A DNA stretch of 64,000 nucleotides from a virus, in IMG/VR virus record IMGVR_UViG_3300031159_000070, positions 1 through 64,000 of that record, one strand, 5' to 3'. Below are positions 17,157-25,657 of the stretch, in pieces. Under the pieces are notes generated by a model that did not search any database, was not told where the DNA came from, and saw nothing but the letters and a program-made list of their open reading frames with translations. Position 1 is the stretch's first letter. Each line of letters opens with the position of its first letter. The translations under genes and the position numbers were made by a program.

Positions 17157-18521
17157 ATGCGAACAAAAACAAAGCCGCAGGGGTCCTATCCTCTGGCCGT
17201 GTTCGCCTTCCTTGTCGGGCTGGCGATTGCGGCTCTCGTCCTCTTCGCGAATTGGCAGTTCGGCCACACGTTGGGGTTGTCAGAAGCCGGGAAGTGGACT
17301 CAGTCTGGTCTCACCGTTGGCATCGATGTCGGCTTTGCCGTCGCCGCCGCGGCAACAGGCTGGCTGCTCAGGCGACGGATGCCGATGTGCATCGTGACAG
17401 GGCTCGTTGCATTCGCGTTCGGGCTTTTCACCTTCACCTCTCTCGTCGGCTGGAGTGCATCCGAGCGTGTAGCTAAGGCCGACATCGCCTTGGCCGAAGC
17501 CAAGGCAGAGCATGCTCTCGCTCAGGAGACCAACGACCTCATCAAGAGCGAGCGAAAGGAGCTGCTCGACTGGGCGCGCTCGACGACCGCCAAACGTATG
17601 CCGACGGCCCGTCGGCGCGAGATCCTGACGACGTTGAAGGACGTCATGGATCAGCCGCCGAAGCTGCAGAAGGTCATCGATGTCGAGAGCGTCGCCTTCG
17701 ATGCGCAGGCTGACGTGCTCGTCAAGACCTTGGCTCTCTTCGGGTTCGATCTCGACAAGCGCGATGTCCTGCTCGTCATGATCGTCTGGCTCGCCGGCCT
17801 GGGGATCATCGGCAAGGGCTTTTTCCTTGCGCTCGGCGCTTACCTGTGGCCGTCGCGCGATTTCGCACGCCACGACGGAGATCGTGTCCGCGAGCTGAGC
17901 GAGGTTGCAGACCTTTCGACCGCGATGTCGCTGCCACGTCGGCCGGACAACGATGTCGAGCCTGCTGCGATGTCTACTGCAGACCTTTTGTCATCCGAGA
18001 GGTCGCAGGATGAAGAGATCGCGCATCCAGTCGAAAGGTCTACAGCCGAGGTCGCGCTCGCCGAAAGGTCTACAGTAGACATCTCGCGTGTCGAAAGGTC
18101 TACAGCAGACATCTCGCACACCGAAAGGTCTACAGCAGAGGTCGCACATGATGAGACGGATGCGAGCGAGGTCGCTGATCTCATTGTGAGCGCTATCGAG
18201 AGCGAGCATGCCGACAAGCCCAATCGCAAGTTGACGGCTGAACGGTCGTATCAGCTCGCTCTCGTCAAGCTCTTCCTTGCAGAGGAGACGCGGCCAGATC
18301 GCAACGCAAAGCATACTGCCACCTTCTTCCACGAGCGCTTCAAGCGCTGGGTTGCAGCCAAGGATCTCGGCATCGAGATGTCGCTCAATGCCTTCGGCGC
18401 ACGCTGCAACGAGCTTGGGGTGCAGAAGCTCGATAAAGGACGCTGCGTGCTCTATCTCGGCATGGCGCCCGTCAGCGATCTCCCGCCGGCTGAGGAGGTG
18501 CCGGGGGCCGCAGCGGCCTAA
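17157..18521 (+). CDS. Multi-pass membrane protein with repeat linker and C-terminal winged-helix-like domain
   Basis: About four hydrophobic helices, coiled coil, ERST repeats, C-terminal FLAEET..FHERFKRW..SLNAFG..LG..K..LYLG. Confidence 0.7.
   Translation: MRTKTKPQGSYPLAVFAFLVGLAIAALVLFANWQFGHTLGLSEAGKWTQSGLTVGIDVGFAVAAAATGWLLRRRMPMCIVTGLVAFAFGLFTFTSLVGWSASERVAKADIALAEAKAEHALAQETNDLIKSERKELLDWARSTTAKRMPTARRREILTTLKDVMDQPPKLQKVIDVESVAFDAQADVLVKTLALFGFDLDKRDVLLVMIVWLAGLGIIGKGFFLALGAYLWPSRDFARHDGDRVRELSEVADLSTAMSLPRRPDNDVEPAAMSTADLLSSERSQDEEIAHPVERSTAEVALAERSTVDISRVERSTADISHTERSTAEVAHDETDASEVADLIVSAIESEHADKPNRKLTAERSYQLALVKLFLAEETRPDRNAKHTATFFHERFKRWVAAKDLGIEMSLNAFGARCNELGVQKLDKGRCVLYLGMAPVSDLPPAEEVPGAAAA
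17906..18150. repeat. 30-bp tandem repeats (core CGAAAGGTCTACAG x4) plus two inverted copies
   Basis: Cores at 18032, 18062, 18092, 18122; inverted copies at 17906-17918 and 17969-17990. Confidence 0.9.
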
Positions 18522-18552
18522 GCCCGTCGGCTGGTCGGGCTGGTCCCGGGCC

Positions 18553-18885
18553 GGCGGGCGATTGCTGGTATGTTCGCAACACCAATGAGGCGCAACCCAT
18601 GATCCCTATCCGATCACCTTGACCCGACTCCGATTTTCGTCCAGCGTGGCTAGACCACGAAACGGGTGCAAGCGGTTGCGATGGCTGCTGCACCCGGGAG
18701 GATCGGGGCCAACGGATACGGAGAGATCTGATCCGCCCGGTTCTCGAGTGACGATGGCGCGGGCTCTCATGCCTTCCGACCCGCGCAAGTCTTGCGAAGG
18801 CGCCAGTCGCGTACCTAGCGACCCATGGCCGGCGGGCTCCCGACCGGCCATGACATTTGCCAGTCGCCCGTTCGCAAGCGTTTTT
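18553..18885 (+). ncRNA. Candidate large structured RNA
   Basis: Closing helix 18553-18564/18861-18872 encloses many nested hairpins; no convincing ORF. Confidence 0.5.
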
Positions 18886-18914
18886 CCCAGCTCCGTTGCT
18901 GTAGCAGTCAGTCC

Positions 18915-19012
18915 AAAAGACTTCAGGCTCGCCCCCGACGGTGAGCGAGCCTGAAATCCGGTCTGTAACATCAGTCGTGATGCTGAAAGCCGGGGAAGCG
19001 TCTGGCATCACG
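18915..19012 (-). ncRNA. Candidate antisense RNA in the dnaB leader, ending in a terminator
   Basis: Hairpins 18976-19012 and 18922-18955, the latter followed by TCTTTT on the minus strand; weak TTGATC-17-TACTAG upstream. Confidence 0.35.
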
Positions 19013-19091
19013 GAAGGTCTAGTAACACGAGTTTTCGTGCCGATCAAGCGTCTATCAGCAATTTTTCCAGCAACTCTCCACAGAGCCGGGG

Positions 19092-20498
19092 ATGATGGAC
19101 AAACCGCAGGAAATCGGATCGGCAGAGCCGCACAATGCGGAAGCCGAGCAGGCTGTTCTGGGCGCGGTGCTGGCGGACAATTCCGTCTTCGACCGCCTGG
19201 CCGGAACGATCAAGCCGGAAGACTTCTACGAGGAGCTGCACGGCGATCTTTTCAAGGCGATCAGCGATCTCATCAACGATGGCCGGCGTGCCGATATCGT
19301 CACGCTCTCGCCGGTGCTCAAAGGGCGCAAGATCGGCGAGGTTGATGCCGCCTCATACGTCTATGCGCTGCCCGACATGGCGCCGGCCGCGCCGGAACAG
19401 CTCTGGGATTATGCGCAGGAGATTGCCCGCTACGCCGCACAGCGCTCAATCTTGGCGGCCTCGCGCGATCTCGCGCGGGGTGCTGCGAAGATCGGCGCCG
19501 ATCTCGCTGACGCGACATCGCGAGCTGTCGAGCGCATCGATCGCGCACTCGATCGCACCCGGGCCCAAGAGGAAACAGCAAAGCCGGCCGGCGCCTTTGG
19601 CTTTGATGCGATCGAAGCCTACGACGCTGAAGGGCAAAGCCTCTCGACCGGGCTGAAAAGCCTCGACGACATCACCGGCGGCCTTTTCCTGCAGGAGCTG
19701 TCGATCATCGGCGGACGCCCCGGCATGGGGAAGTCAACCTTTGCGACCACGCTCGCCTTCAACATCGCGAACGCGGGGACCGGGGTCTATTACCTGTCGC
19801 TGGAGATGGCCGGCGTGCCGCTCGCGCAGCGCATCCTGTCATCGATGTGCTACGTGAGTCCCACCAACTGCATCCCTTACGAGAAGTTTCGCAAGCGGCA
19901 ATTGCAGCCGAGCGAGATCGCGGCGCTGAAAACCGCCGCGCGCGATCTCGAGCGCCTGCCGTTCATCATCGAGACCAAGGCGGGGTTGAACCTTCTGCAG
20001 ATCCGCGCCTCCGTGCGCAAGGCGCAAGCGGAGATCGAGGCGCGCGGCAAGCATCTGCGCTTCATCGTCGTCGACTACCTGGGTCTGGTCGAGCCGTCGC
20101 ATCAGTGGCGCGACAACCGCGTGCAGCAGCTCGCTGAGCTGACGAAAGGGTTCCGCGAGATGGCGAAGGCGATGAACGCGCATGTGTGCCTGCTCGTGCA
20201 GCTCAACCGCGAGGTCGAGAAGCGCGAGGACAAGCGCCCCCAGTTGCACGACCTGAGAGAGTCAGGCGCCATCGAGCAGGACGCCGATCTCGTGATGCTC
20301 TGCTACCGCCAGGAATACTACGTCCAGCGCGAAGGCGAGTACAAGGACCCGGTCAAGGAGCAAGACCGCCAGGACCGGCTCCACGCCTGCGAGAACAAGC
20401 TCGACATCATCATTCCGAAGCAGCGCATGGGCGAGGTCGGCGTGCGCACGCTCTTCTGCTCGGTTGCCAATAACCGCATCGATGATCTGACGTTCTAA
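19092..20498 (+). CDS. dnaB: Replicative DNA helicase DnaB-like
   Basis: PHNAEAEQAVLG, GGRPGMGKS, SLEM, VVDYLGL, QLNREVE, LRESGAIEQDAD. Confidence 0.95.
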   Translation: MMDKPQEIGSAEPHNAEAEQAVLGAVLADNSVFDRLAGTIKPEDFYEELHGDLFKAISDLINDGRRADIVTLSPVLKGRKIGEVDAASYVYALPDMAPAAPEQLWDYAQEIARYAAQRSILAASRDLARGAAKIGADLADATSRAVERIDRALDRTRAQEETAKPAGAFGFDAIEAYDAEGQSLSTGLKSLDDITGGLFLQELSIIGGRPGMGKSTFATTLAFNIANAGTGVYYLSLEMAGVPLAQRILSSMCYVSPTNCIPYEKFRKRQLQPSEIAALKTAARDLERLPFIIETKAGLNLLQIRASVRKAQAEIEARGKHLRFIVVDYLGLVEPSHQWRDNRVQQLAELTKGFREMAKAMNAHVCLLVQLNREVEKREDKRPQLHDLRESGAIEQDADLVMLCYRQEYYVQREGEYKDPVKEQDRQDRLHACENKLDIIIPKQRMGEVGVRTLFCSVANNRIDDLTF

Positions 20499-20508
20499 GG
20501 GGGAAGCC

Positions 20509-21624
20509 ATGGCAGGGATCGGTCACAACTCTGGCATAAGCCTCGACGCGGTGGTCGAGGAAAATCTCAGGCGTGGCTTGTACCTTGTTCAGCGCGACGT
20601 GCTGATCGCAGCTACCCGCGATCCGCGGCTCGGACATCGGCACCGGGTCGTGCTTTGCGAGATTATCGAGCGCATGAACTCAGAGACCGGTCTCGCCTAT
20701 CCCGGTCGCAAGCTGCTCGCCGAAGACTCGTCGCGGTGGCTCGTGAGCAGAGAGCGCGATACCTATTCGGAAAGCGGCATTGCGAAGACGATCTCCGAAC
20801 TGATCAATTTCGGCTACCTTGTTTCCGAGCGTCGATCGCCGCCTGGCAGCCGGCGGGCAATCGCGCACTACACGATTGCCAAGCCGAGTATCGAGGAGCT
20901 GCAGGAGCAGATCACGATCGCCATTCAGCAAATCCGGCGCAAGGACGGCAGCCGAAGGCCTCAGATCCAGGGTCAGCTCGACCTTTCGCTGCCGCCCGAA
21001 AGCGATACGAGAAGACGTAACGTTACCCCCTCAGGTAACGATACCCCCCAAGCACGTAACGATATGCCCCAGAGAGGTAACGTTACGTGGAAGGCTGATG
21101 TTACCCCCGTCGCGGGTGCTGACGTTACCACAGGTCCGGAGGCTAACGTTACCCCAGGTACGGCGACAGGAACTAGTATAGGAACTAGTCTAGGAACTAG
21201 TTCTCTCTCTCCCCCTACCCCCTCTCAGCGCGAGCCGGCGCGAGCGAGCGAGCAGCGTCATAACCACATCGATCTTGGTCATGGGGTGAGCTTCGATGGA
21301 GAGACGATCAAGCACGCATGCTTCGCGATCCACGTTCCGTCTATCGAATACCGGGTCATGGGAGTCGCCGTGAGCAAGGAACGCGTGCTTGCGACGGCAA
21401 AGGCATCCGCTCTGCAGTGGGCAGTGGAAATCGAGAACGGCAAGTCTCCAAGTCATGTGGTGCCCCAGTACATTCCGGGGGCGATCGCATCGACTCTCAT
21501 TCGCGAAGCGAGATACGCAGAGGCGCATTCAGCCAGCATAGAGCGCCGGCGATCCGCGCAATCGAGTGATCATCGTGGCCGCGTTCGTTTTTCGAGCAAT
21601 GGAGGAAACCATGGACGCAGATAG
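20509..21624 (+). CDS. Phage replication initiator (N-terminal wHTH)
   Basis: AYPGRKLLA..I..LINFGYL; internal iteron-like repeats; follows dnaB. Confidence 0.75.
   Translation: MAGIGHNSGISLDAVVEENLRRGLYLVQRDVLIAATRDPRLGHRHRVVLCEIIERMNSETGLAYPGRKLLAEDSSRWLVSRERDTYSESGIAKTISELINFGYLVSERRSPPGSRRAIAHYTIAKPSIEELQEQITIAIQQIRRKDGSRRPQIQGQLDLSLPPESDTRRRNVTPSGNDTPQARNDMPQRGNVTWKADVTPVAGADVTTGPEANVTPGTATGTSIGTSLGTSSLSPPTPSQREPARASEQRHNHIDLGHGVSFDGETIKHACFAIHVPSIEYRVMGVAVSKERVLATAKASALQWAVEIENGKSPSHVVPQYIPGAIASTLIREARYAEAHSASIERRRSAQSSDHRGRVRFSSNGGNHGRR
21017..21201. repeat. Probable origin: seven GTAACGTTAC-like iterons then three 12-bp GGAACTAGT repeats
   Basis: Iterons at 21017, 21035, 21056, 21077, 21095, 21119, 21143; GGAACTAGT at 21169, 21181, 21193. 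Confidence 0.8.
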
Positions 21625-22318
21625 GACAGATCTCAATGGAAAGCCTGTCGATCCAGAAGCTGCCGATCGTGCAATTGAGTGCTTCATCGAACCCATGCTC
21701 GACGTGTTTCGTCTGGTGCGTGACGAGAACACGCAGAACCGCGTGATACGGGCCTACGCGCTGCATCTTGCGCGTTTTGATGAGCATACGCTGGCGCGTG
21801 CTCTCGAGTGGTTCGAAGCCAACCGCAAGGACCCGTTCATGCCGACGATTGCGGAATGCATTGAGTGCTGCGAACGTATTTATTCGCAGACTGACGAAGC
21901 CAAGCTCGAAACGGCATTCGGGCGGCTTTACCCGCTTGGCGGTGGCCCGCGTGAGATGTGGGACCAGAACCTCGGCGAACCGCCAGGGCATCCGGCATGC
22001 AAGCTTTCCCGTGCGATCCAGGCGCGGAAGTGGCGCGAGCGTTTGGAGTGGTTCCGCAACCTGGCCCTCGGCAAAATTGGTGGCGTGCCGCGGGGCTTCA
22101 AACCCCCACAGAGCGCTGCAAGCCTTGGATATGGTCTCCACCGCCTCCTGCTCAACTACTACGACATCGACACCACGAATCGCGACACATGCCCGGTTCC
22201 CATTGAGCTGCTGGAGGAGTTCGATGTTCCGGTTACGAGTGAAGAGGTCGAGCTTCGCATTCGACTTGAGTGCCAAGAGCGTGCTGCCGCGGTGGATCAA
22301 GCCAATACTCGGCATTGA
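21611..22318 (+). CDS. Hypothetical replication protein (possible helicase loader/inhibitor)
   Basis: L..AL......F.PTIAE motif; directly after the initiator. Confidence 0.5.
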   Translation: MDADRTDLNGKPVDPEAADRAIECFIEPMLDVFRLVRDENTQNRVIRAYALHLARFDEHTLARALEWFEANRKDPFMPTIAECIECCERIYSQTDEAKLETAFGRLYPLGGGPREMWDQNLGEPPGHPACKLSRAIQARKWRERLEWFRNLALGKIGGVPRGFKPPQSAASLGYGLHRLLLNYYDIDTTNRDTCPVPIELLEEFDVPVTSEEVELRIRLECQERAAAVDQANTRH

Positions 22319-22352
22319 CGAACCACGCGACGTCTCTCATTTTGCTTGGAAA

Positions 22353-22369
22353 GTCTAGCTACACTTGTC
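22353..22369. promoter_or_regulatory. 17-bp palindromic operator-like site
   Basis: GTCTAG-CTACA-CTTGTC, intergenic. Confidence 0.65.
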
Positions 22370-22420
22370 GTGCTGTTTCCCGTGAAACAATGTGGCTAGA
22401 CCGATGAAGGGGTGAGCGCG

Positions 22421-22963
22421 ATGATCATCAACAACCTTCTTACGCGGTGGTTGGCGACGATGCTTGCATCCTGCTGTGCCAAGGTGGTCGATCGGCGAAC
22501 TTATGACGTGGCGATTGGCGGTGACTTCGCGCCCTACCTGCTCAGATGGTATTTGATCCCGCGCAATCGGTTTCTCAACGTCTATCTGCATGTCTTCATG
22601 CGCGATGACGATGATCGCGCCCTACACGATCATCCTTGGTGGTCGGCGTCATTGCTGTTGGGTCAGCTCGTCAATTCCTTTGATGGCGGCGTAGCGGTCT
22701 GGCGCCAGTCCCACATGACGGAGATTTACCGCGACAAGAGCGGTGCCGATCTGGAGCGCGACGTCAAGTTTGGTGATCTCGTATTCCGTGGTGCCAGCTT
22801 TGCTCATCGCATGGTCGTGCCGAAATCACGGACGATGACGCTGTTCATCACGGGACCGCGCATCAGGACGTGGGGATTTCTTTGTCCGAATGGATGGCGC
22901 AACTGGCGTGAGTTCACCGCGACCGATGAGCATGGTCGCATGCGTGGATGCGGGGAGACCTGA
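22421..22963 (+). CDS. Cupin-like phage protein
   Basis: YLLRWYLIPRN..YLH..DDDRALHDHPW..HR..TLFITGP. Confidence 0.65.
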   Translation: MIINNLLTRWLATMLASCCAKVVDRRTYDVAIGGDFAPYLLRWYLIPRNRFLNVYLHVFMRDDDDRALHDHPWWSASLLLGQLVNSFDGGVAVWRQSHMTEIYRDKSGADLERDVKFGDLVFRGASFAHRMVVPKSRTMTLFITGPRIRTWGFLCPNGWRNWREFTATDEHGRMRGCGET

Positions 22964-22964
22964 G

Positions 22965-23312
22965 ATGTCCTCGCCCTCAACGCCGTGCCAGTTTCTTGAT
23001 GGTCGGGTCATTCTGCACGGTGGCGATTGCCGAGACGTTCTCGCGACTTTGCCGGATGAGTACGTCGATAGCGTCGTGACCCCGCCGGGTGGAACGGTTC
23101 TTGATCCTTTCGCCGGCACGGGAACGACTGGCGAAGCCGCATGGCGGGAAGGGATGCGCGCCATCCTGATTGAGCGTGAGCCGGAATATCAGGCCGATAT
23201 CGAGTGGCGTATGGAACTTGCTGTGAACCCCACCAAGCGCGCCGCGGTTGCGAAAACGAAGAACAATCTCGTTGATCCAGAGACGCTACCTCTGTTTTCC
23301 GGGGGAGGTTGA
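22965..23312 (+). pseudogene. N4/N6 DNA methyltransferase with large in-frame internal deletion
   Basis: GDCRDVL..VDSVVT joined directly to PPGGTVLDPFAGTGTT; catalytic DPPY and the middle region are missing. Confidence 0.8.
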
Positions 23313-23313
23313 C

Positions 23314-24201
23314 ATGCTCTCACCTGATCAGACCTACGAGGAAAAGGCGCGCTGGTACGTCGAAAAGCTCAACTGGCCCGTCTTTCCGCTGCATGACGTC
23401 TGGCGCGGCCGGTGCTCGTGTCGCGATGGCGAGAAGTGCGAGCGGCCTGGCAAGCATCCGCGCACGCGCAACGGCTTCAAGGATGCTTCCCGCGATCTCG
23501 AGCTTATCGAGCTGATCAGCGCCGAGGTCCCGCACGCCAATCTCGCAGTTCCGACCGGTGCGGCTTCGGGGATCGCTGTCGTCGACATCGATGGCGAGCG
23601 CGGCGAGCAGTCTGTTCAGGTGCTTGCCGAGCGCAATTTCATTTTCCCCGAGACGGCGACCGTGCGCACTGGCCGCGGCCGGCATCTCTACTACCGGCAC
23701 GTCTCCGGCCTGCGCAATTCGGCGTCCGTACTGATGCCAGGGATCGATATCCGCGGCGAGGGCGGGCAGGCGGTGCTGCCGCCATCGATGCACATCTCGG
23801 GTCGTGTCTATACCTGGGATCCCAGCCCGCTCGATTACAAGCCGCGCATCATGCCGCTCTGGGTGCTCAATCTGCTGGAGGACCTGCGCAAGAAGAAACA
23901 GGTCTCGCGTTATCACGATGAGGCGGCGGCCGGCTATCGCGGCGGGAAGTCACCTCTCGAGCGCGTGCGCTATTTCGCAGAGAGGGTCGCTTCTCTCGCT
24001 CGTGACAGCCAAAAGCGCAATGTCGAGCTCAACCGCAATGCGTTCATCGGTTTCCTGATCGCGAAAGAAACCGGGCTCAGCGATCGGGAGGTCGAGCATC
24101 ATTTCCTGGCTGCAGCGAAAGCCTGCGGTCTGCCGTTGTCCGAAGCGAGGGCGACAATCAACTCGGCGCGGCGTGGAGCTTTTTCTCAGGGGAGGCGATA
24201 G
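23314..24201 (+). CDS. Bifunctional DNA primase/polymerase (Prim-Pol domain)
   Basis: WPVFPL..GKHP..GFKDAS..ANLAVPTG..VVDID..TGRGRHLYY..DIRGEGG..PPS.H. Confidence 0.9.
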   Translation: MLSPDQTYEEKARWYVEKLNWPVFPLHDVWRGRCSCRDGEKCERPGKHPRTRNGFKDASRDLELIELISAEVPHANLAVPTGAASGIAVVDIDGERGEQSVQVLAERNFIFPETATVRTGRGRHLYYRHVSGLRNSASVLMPGIDIRGEGGQAVLPPSMHISGRVYTWDPSPLDYKPRIMPLWVLNLLEDLRKKKQVSRYHDEAAAGYRGGKSPLERVRYFAERVASLARDSQKRNVELNRNAFIGFLIAKETGLSDREVEHHFLAAAKACGLPLSEARATINSARRGAFSQGRR

Positions 24202-24378
24202 CGTTGCGCGGGTCTCTGCGGGAAGTGGTAAAGACCGAGATCAATCGAGTTCTTGAAGAGGCGTCAGAGCTGCTCGAAAGGGCCGAGCGGCTGAAGGATG
24301 AGTCCGTGGCGTATACGCGTGAAGCGATAACCATGATCAAAACAGCGCATCACCTCGAGCGCGTACTGCTGACGGACA

Positions 24379-24795
24379 ATGCAAAAGAGAAAAGCGCCAA
24401 AGCGCCAATCCATTAAGCGCAGAGAACAGGCGATCCAGAAGGCTGTTGCCGAGCTGCTGGACACAGCAGGGCGGCCAGGCCTCGTCTGGTTTCATGTCCC
24501 GAACGGCGGTGCCCGCAGTCCGGTCGAGGCGGCGATCTTCAAGGGTCTGGGCGTCAAACCGGGCGTTCCTGACATCTTCGCTTTCTATCAAAGCGCGCTC
24601 TACGTTCTCGAGCTCAAAACCGAGGACGGAACGCTTTCGGATGATCAGCGCATCATGCTGGAGCAGCTAGCCGCGGCCGGCGCGCACACTGCGGTTGCTT
24701 ATGGCGTCGATCAAGCGATAACCGTTCTGAAGAGCTGGGGCCTTGTTCGTGTTCACGACAGCCGGCCAACCTCTATCGCGGAGGCTGCCGAATGA
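24379..24795 (+). CDS. VRR-NUC domain nuclease
   Basis: WFHVPNGG..GVKPGVPDI..LELK..LSDDQ. Confidence 0.85.
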   Translation: MQKRKAPKRQSIKRREQAIQKAVAELLDTAGRPGLVWFHVPNGGARSPVEAAIFKGLGVKPGVPDIFAFYQSALYVLELKTEDGTLSDDQRIMLEQLAAAGAHTAVAYGVDQAITVLKSWGLVRVHDSRPTSIAEAAE

Positions 24796-25019
24796 CGGAG
24801 AATCAGCGCAGGGCGATCTGGGTCCACTCTGCTGCCATGGGGCTGGTCCTGCAGGCCTGGCGCATCGGCGTGCCGCCTGAGATGTTCTTTCCCTGGGCGA
24901 TGATGGTGATGGCTCTCGATGATGAGCAGCGCGCGCGTCGCTTACTGGCCGACATCGAGATCCGCATTCAGGATGCTGCAGAGGTCGCAGCACGCGATGA
25001 CGCGAGATCGCGGCCATGA
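24792..25019 (+). CDS. Hypothetical protein
   Basis: ATGA-coupled ORF. Confidence 0.45.
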   Translation: MTENQRRAIWVHSAAMGLVLQAWRIGVPPEMFFPWAMMVMALDDEQRARRLLADIEIRIQDAAEVAARDDARSRP

Positions 25020-25657
25020 CGAGCTTCATTCAGCCGAGTATGTTCAGCATCGGGCCGCAAAGCTGGCCGTTCGGCGATCTCGAGCCGCAGGCTTACTCGC
25101 TCATCATGTGCGACCCACCGTGGCTCTTCCGGAATTACAGCGATCTCGGTGATGAAAAAGGGCCGGCGCCGCATTACGACATGATGACGGACGAAGAGAT
25201 TTTCGCGCTGCCCGTTGGCGATCTCGCGCGCGACAACTGCATGCTGTGGCTCTGGGCGACATGGCCCAAGCTCGATACGGCGATGTCGGCAATCCAGGTG
25301 TGGGGCTTCGAATACAAAACAGGCGGCAGCTGGGACAAACTGAAATGGGGCACCGGCTATATCTGGCGATCTCGCTGCGAGCCGGTGCTGATTGCGACAA
25401 GAGGATCACCGCTCATCAAAGGCAGCGATATCGCGAACCTCTTTGCTGAGCGATCTCGCGAGCACTCGCGCAAACCGCAATGCGCTTACGAGATCGCGGA
25501 GCGGATGATGCCGAACGCGCGTCGTGTCAGCCTTTTCGAGCGTCCGGTGCGTCCGGGCTGGGAAGCCTGGGGCAATCAACTCGGCAAAGCGCCAGGCCGG
25601 CAACGGCCGAAGCGGGTGAAAGTGGATCCGCCGCTGCTCACGATCATGGAGGTGTGA
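25016..25657 (+). CDS. MT-A70-family adenine methyltransferase
   Basis: CDPPW, HYDMM, LWLWAT, WGFEYKT, GTGY, REHSRKP. Confidence 0.9.
   Translation: MTSFIQPSMFSIGPQSWPFGDLEPQAYSLIMCDPPWLFRNYSDLGDEKGPAPHYDMMTDEEIFALPVGDLARDNCMLWLWATWPKLDTAMSAIQVWGFEYKTGGSWDKLKWGTGYIWRSRCEPVLIATRGSPLIKGSDIANLFAERSREHSRKPQCAYEIAERMMPNARRVSLFERPVRPGWEAWGNQLGKAPGRQRPKRVKVDPPLLTIMEV

Noticed and set aside
18032-18150. 30-bp periodic repeats as a mini-CRISPR array
   Set aside because: The variable parts are only ~16 bp and related to each other, the array is in frame inside a gene, and no cas genes are visible
18553-18885. RNase P RNA, tmRNA or self-splicing intron
   Set aside because: No GAGGAAAGUCC, tRNA-like ends, group I core or group II domain V recognised by eye; left as an unknown RNA
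13471-23312. General prophage decay (cryptic element)
   Set aside because: Only two clear remnants, both in frame; integrase, recombination and replication genes look intact, so decay is not supported
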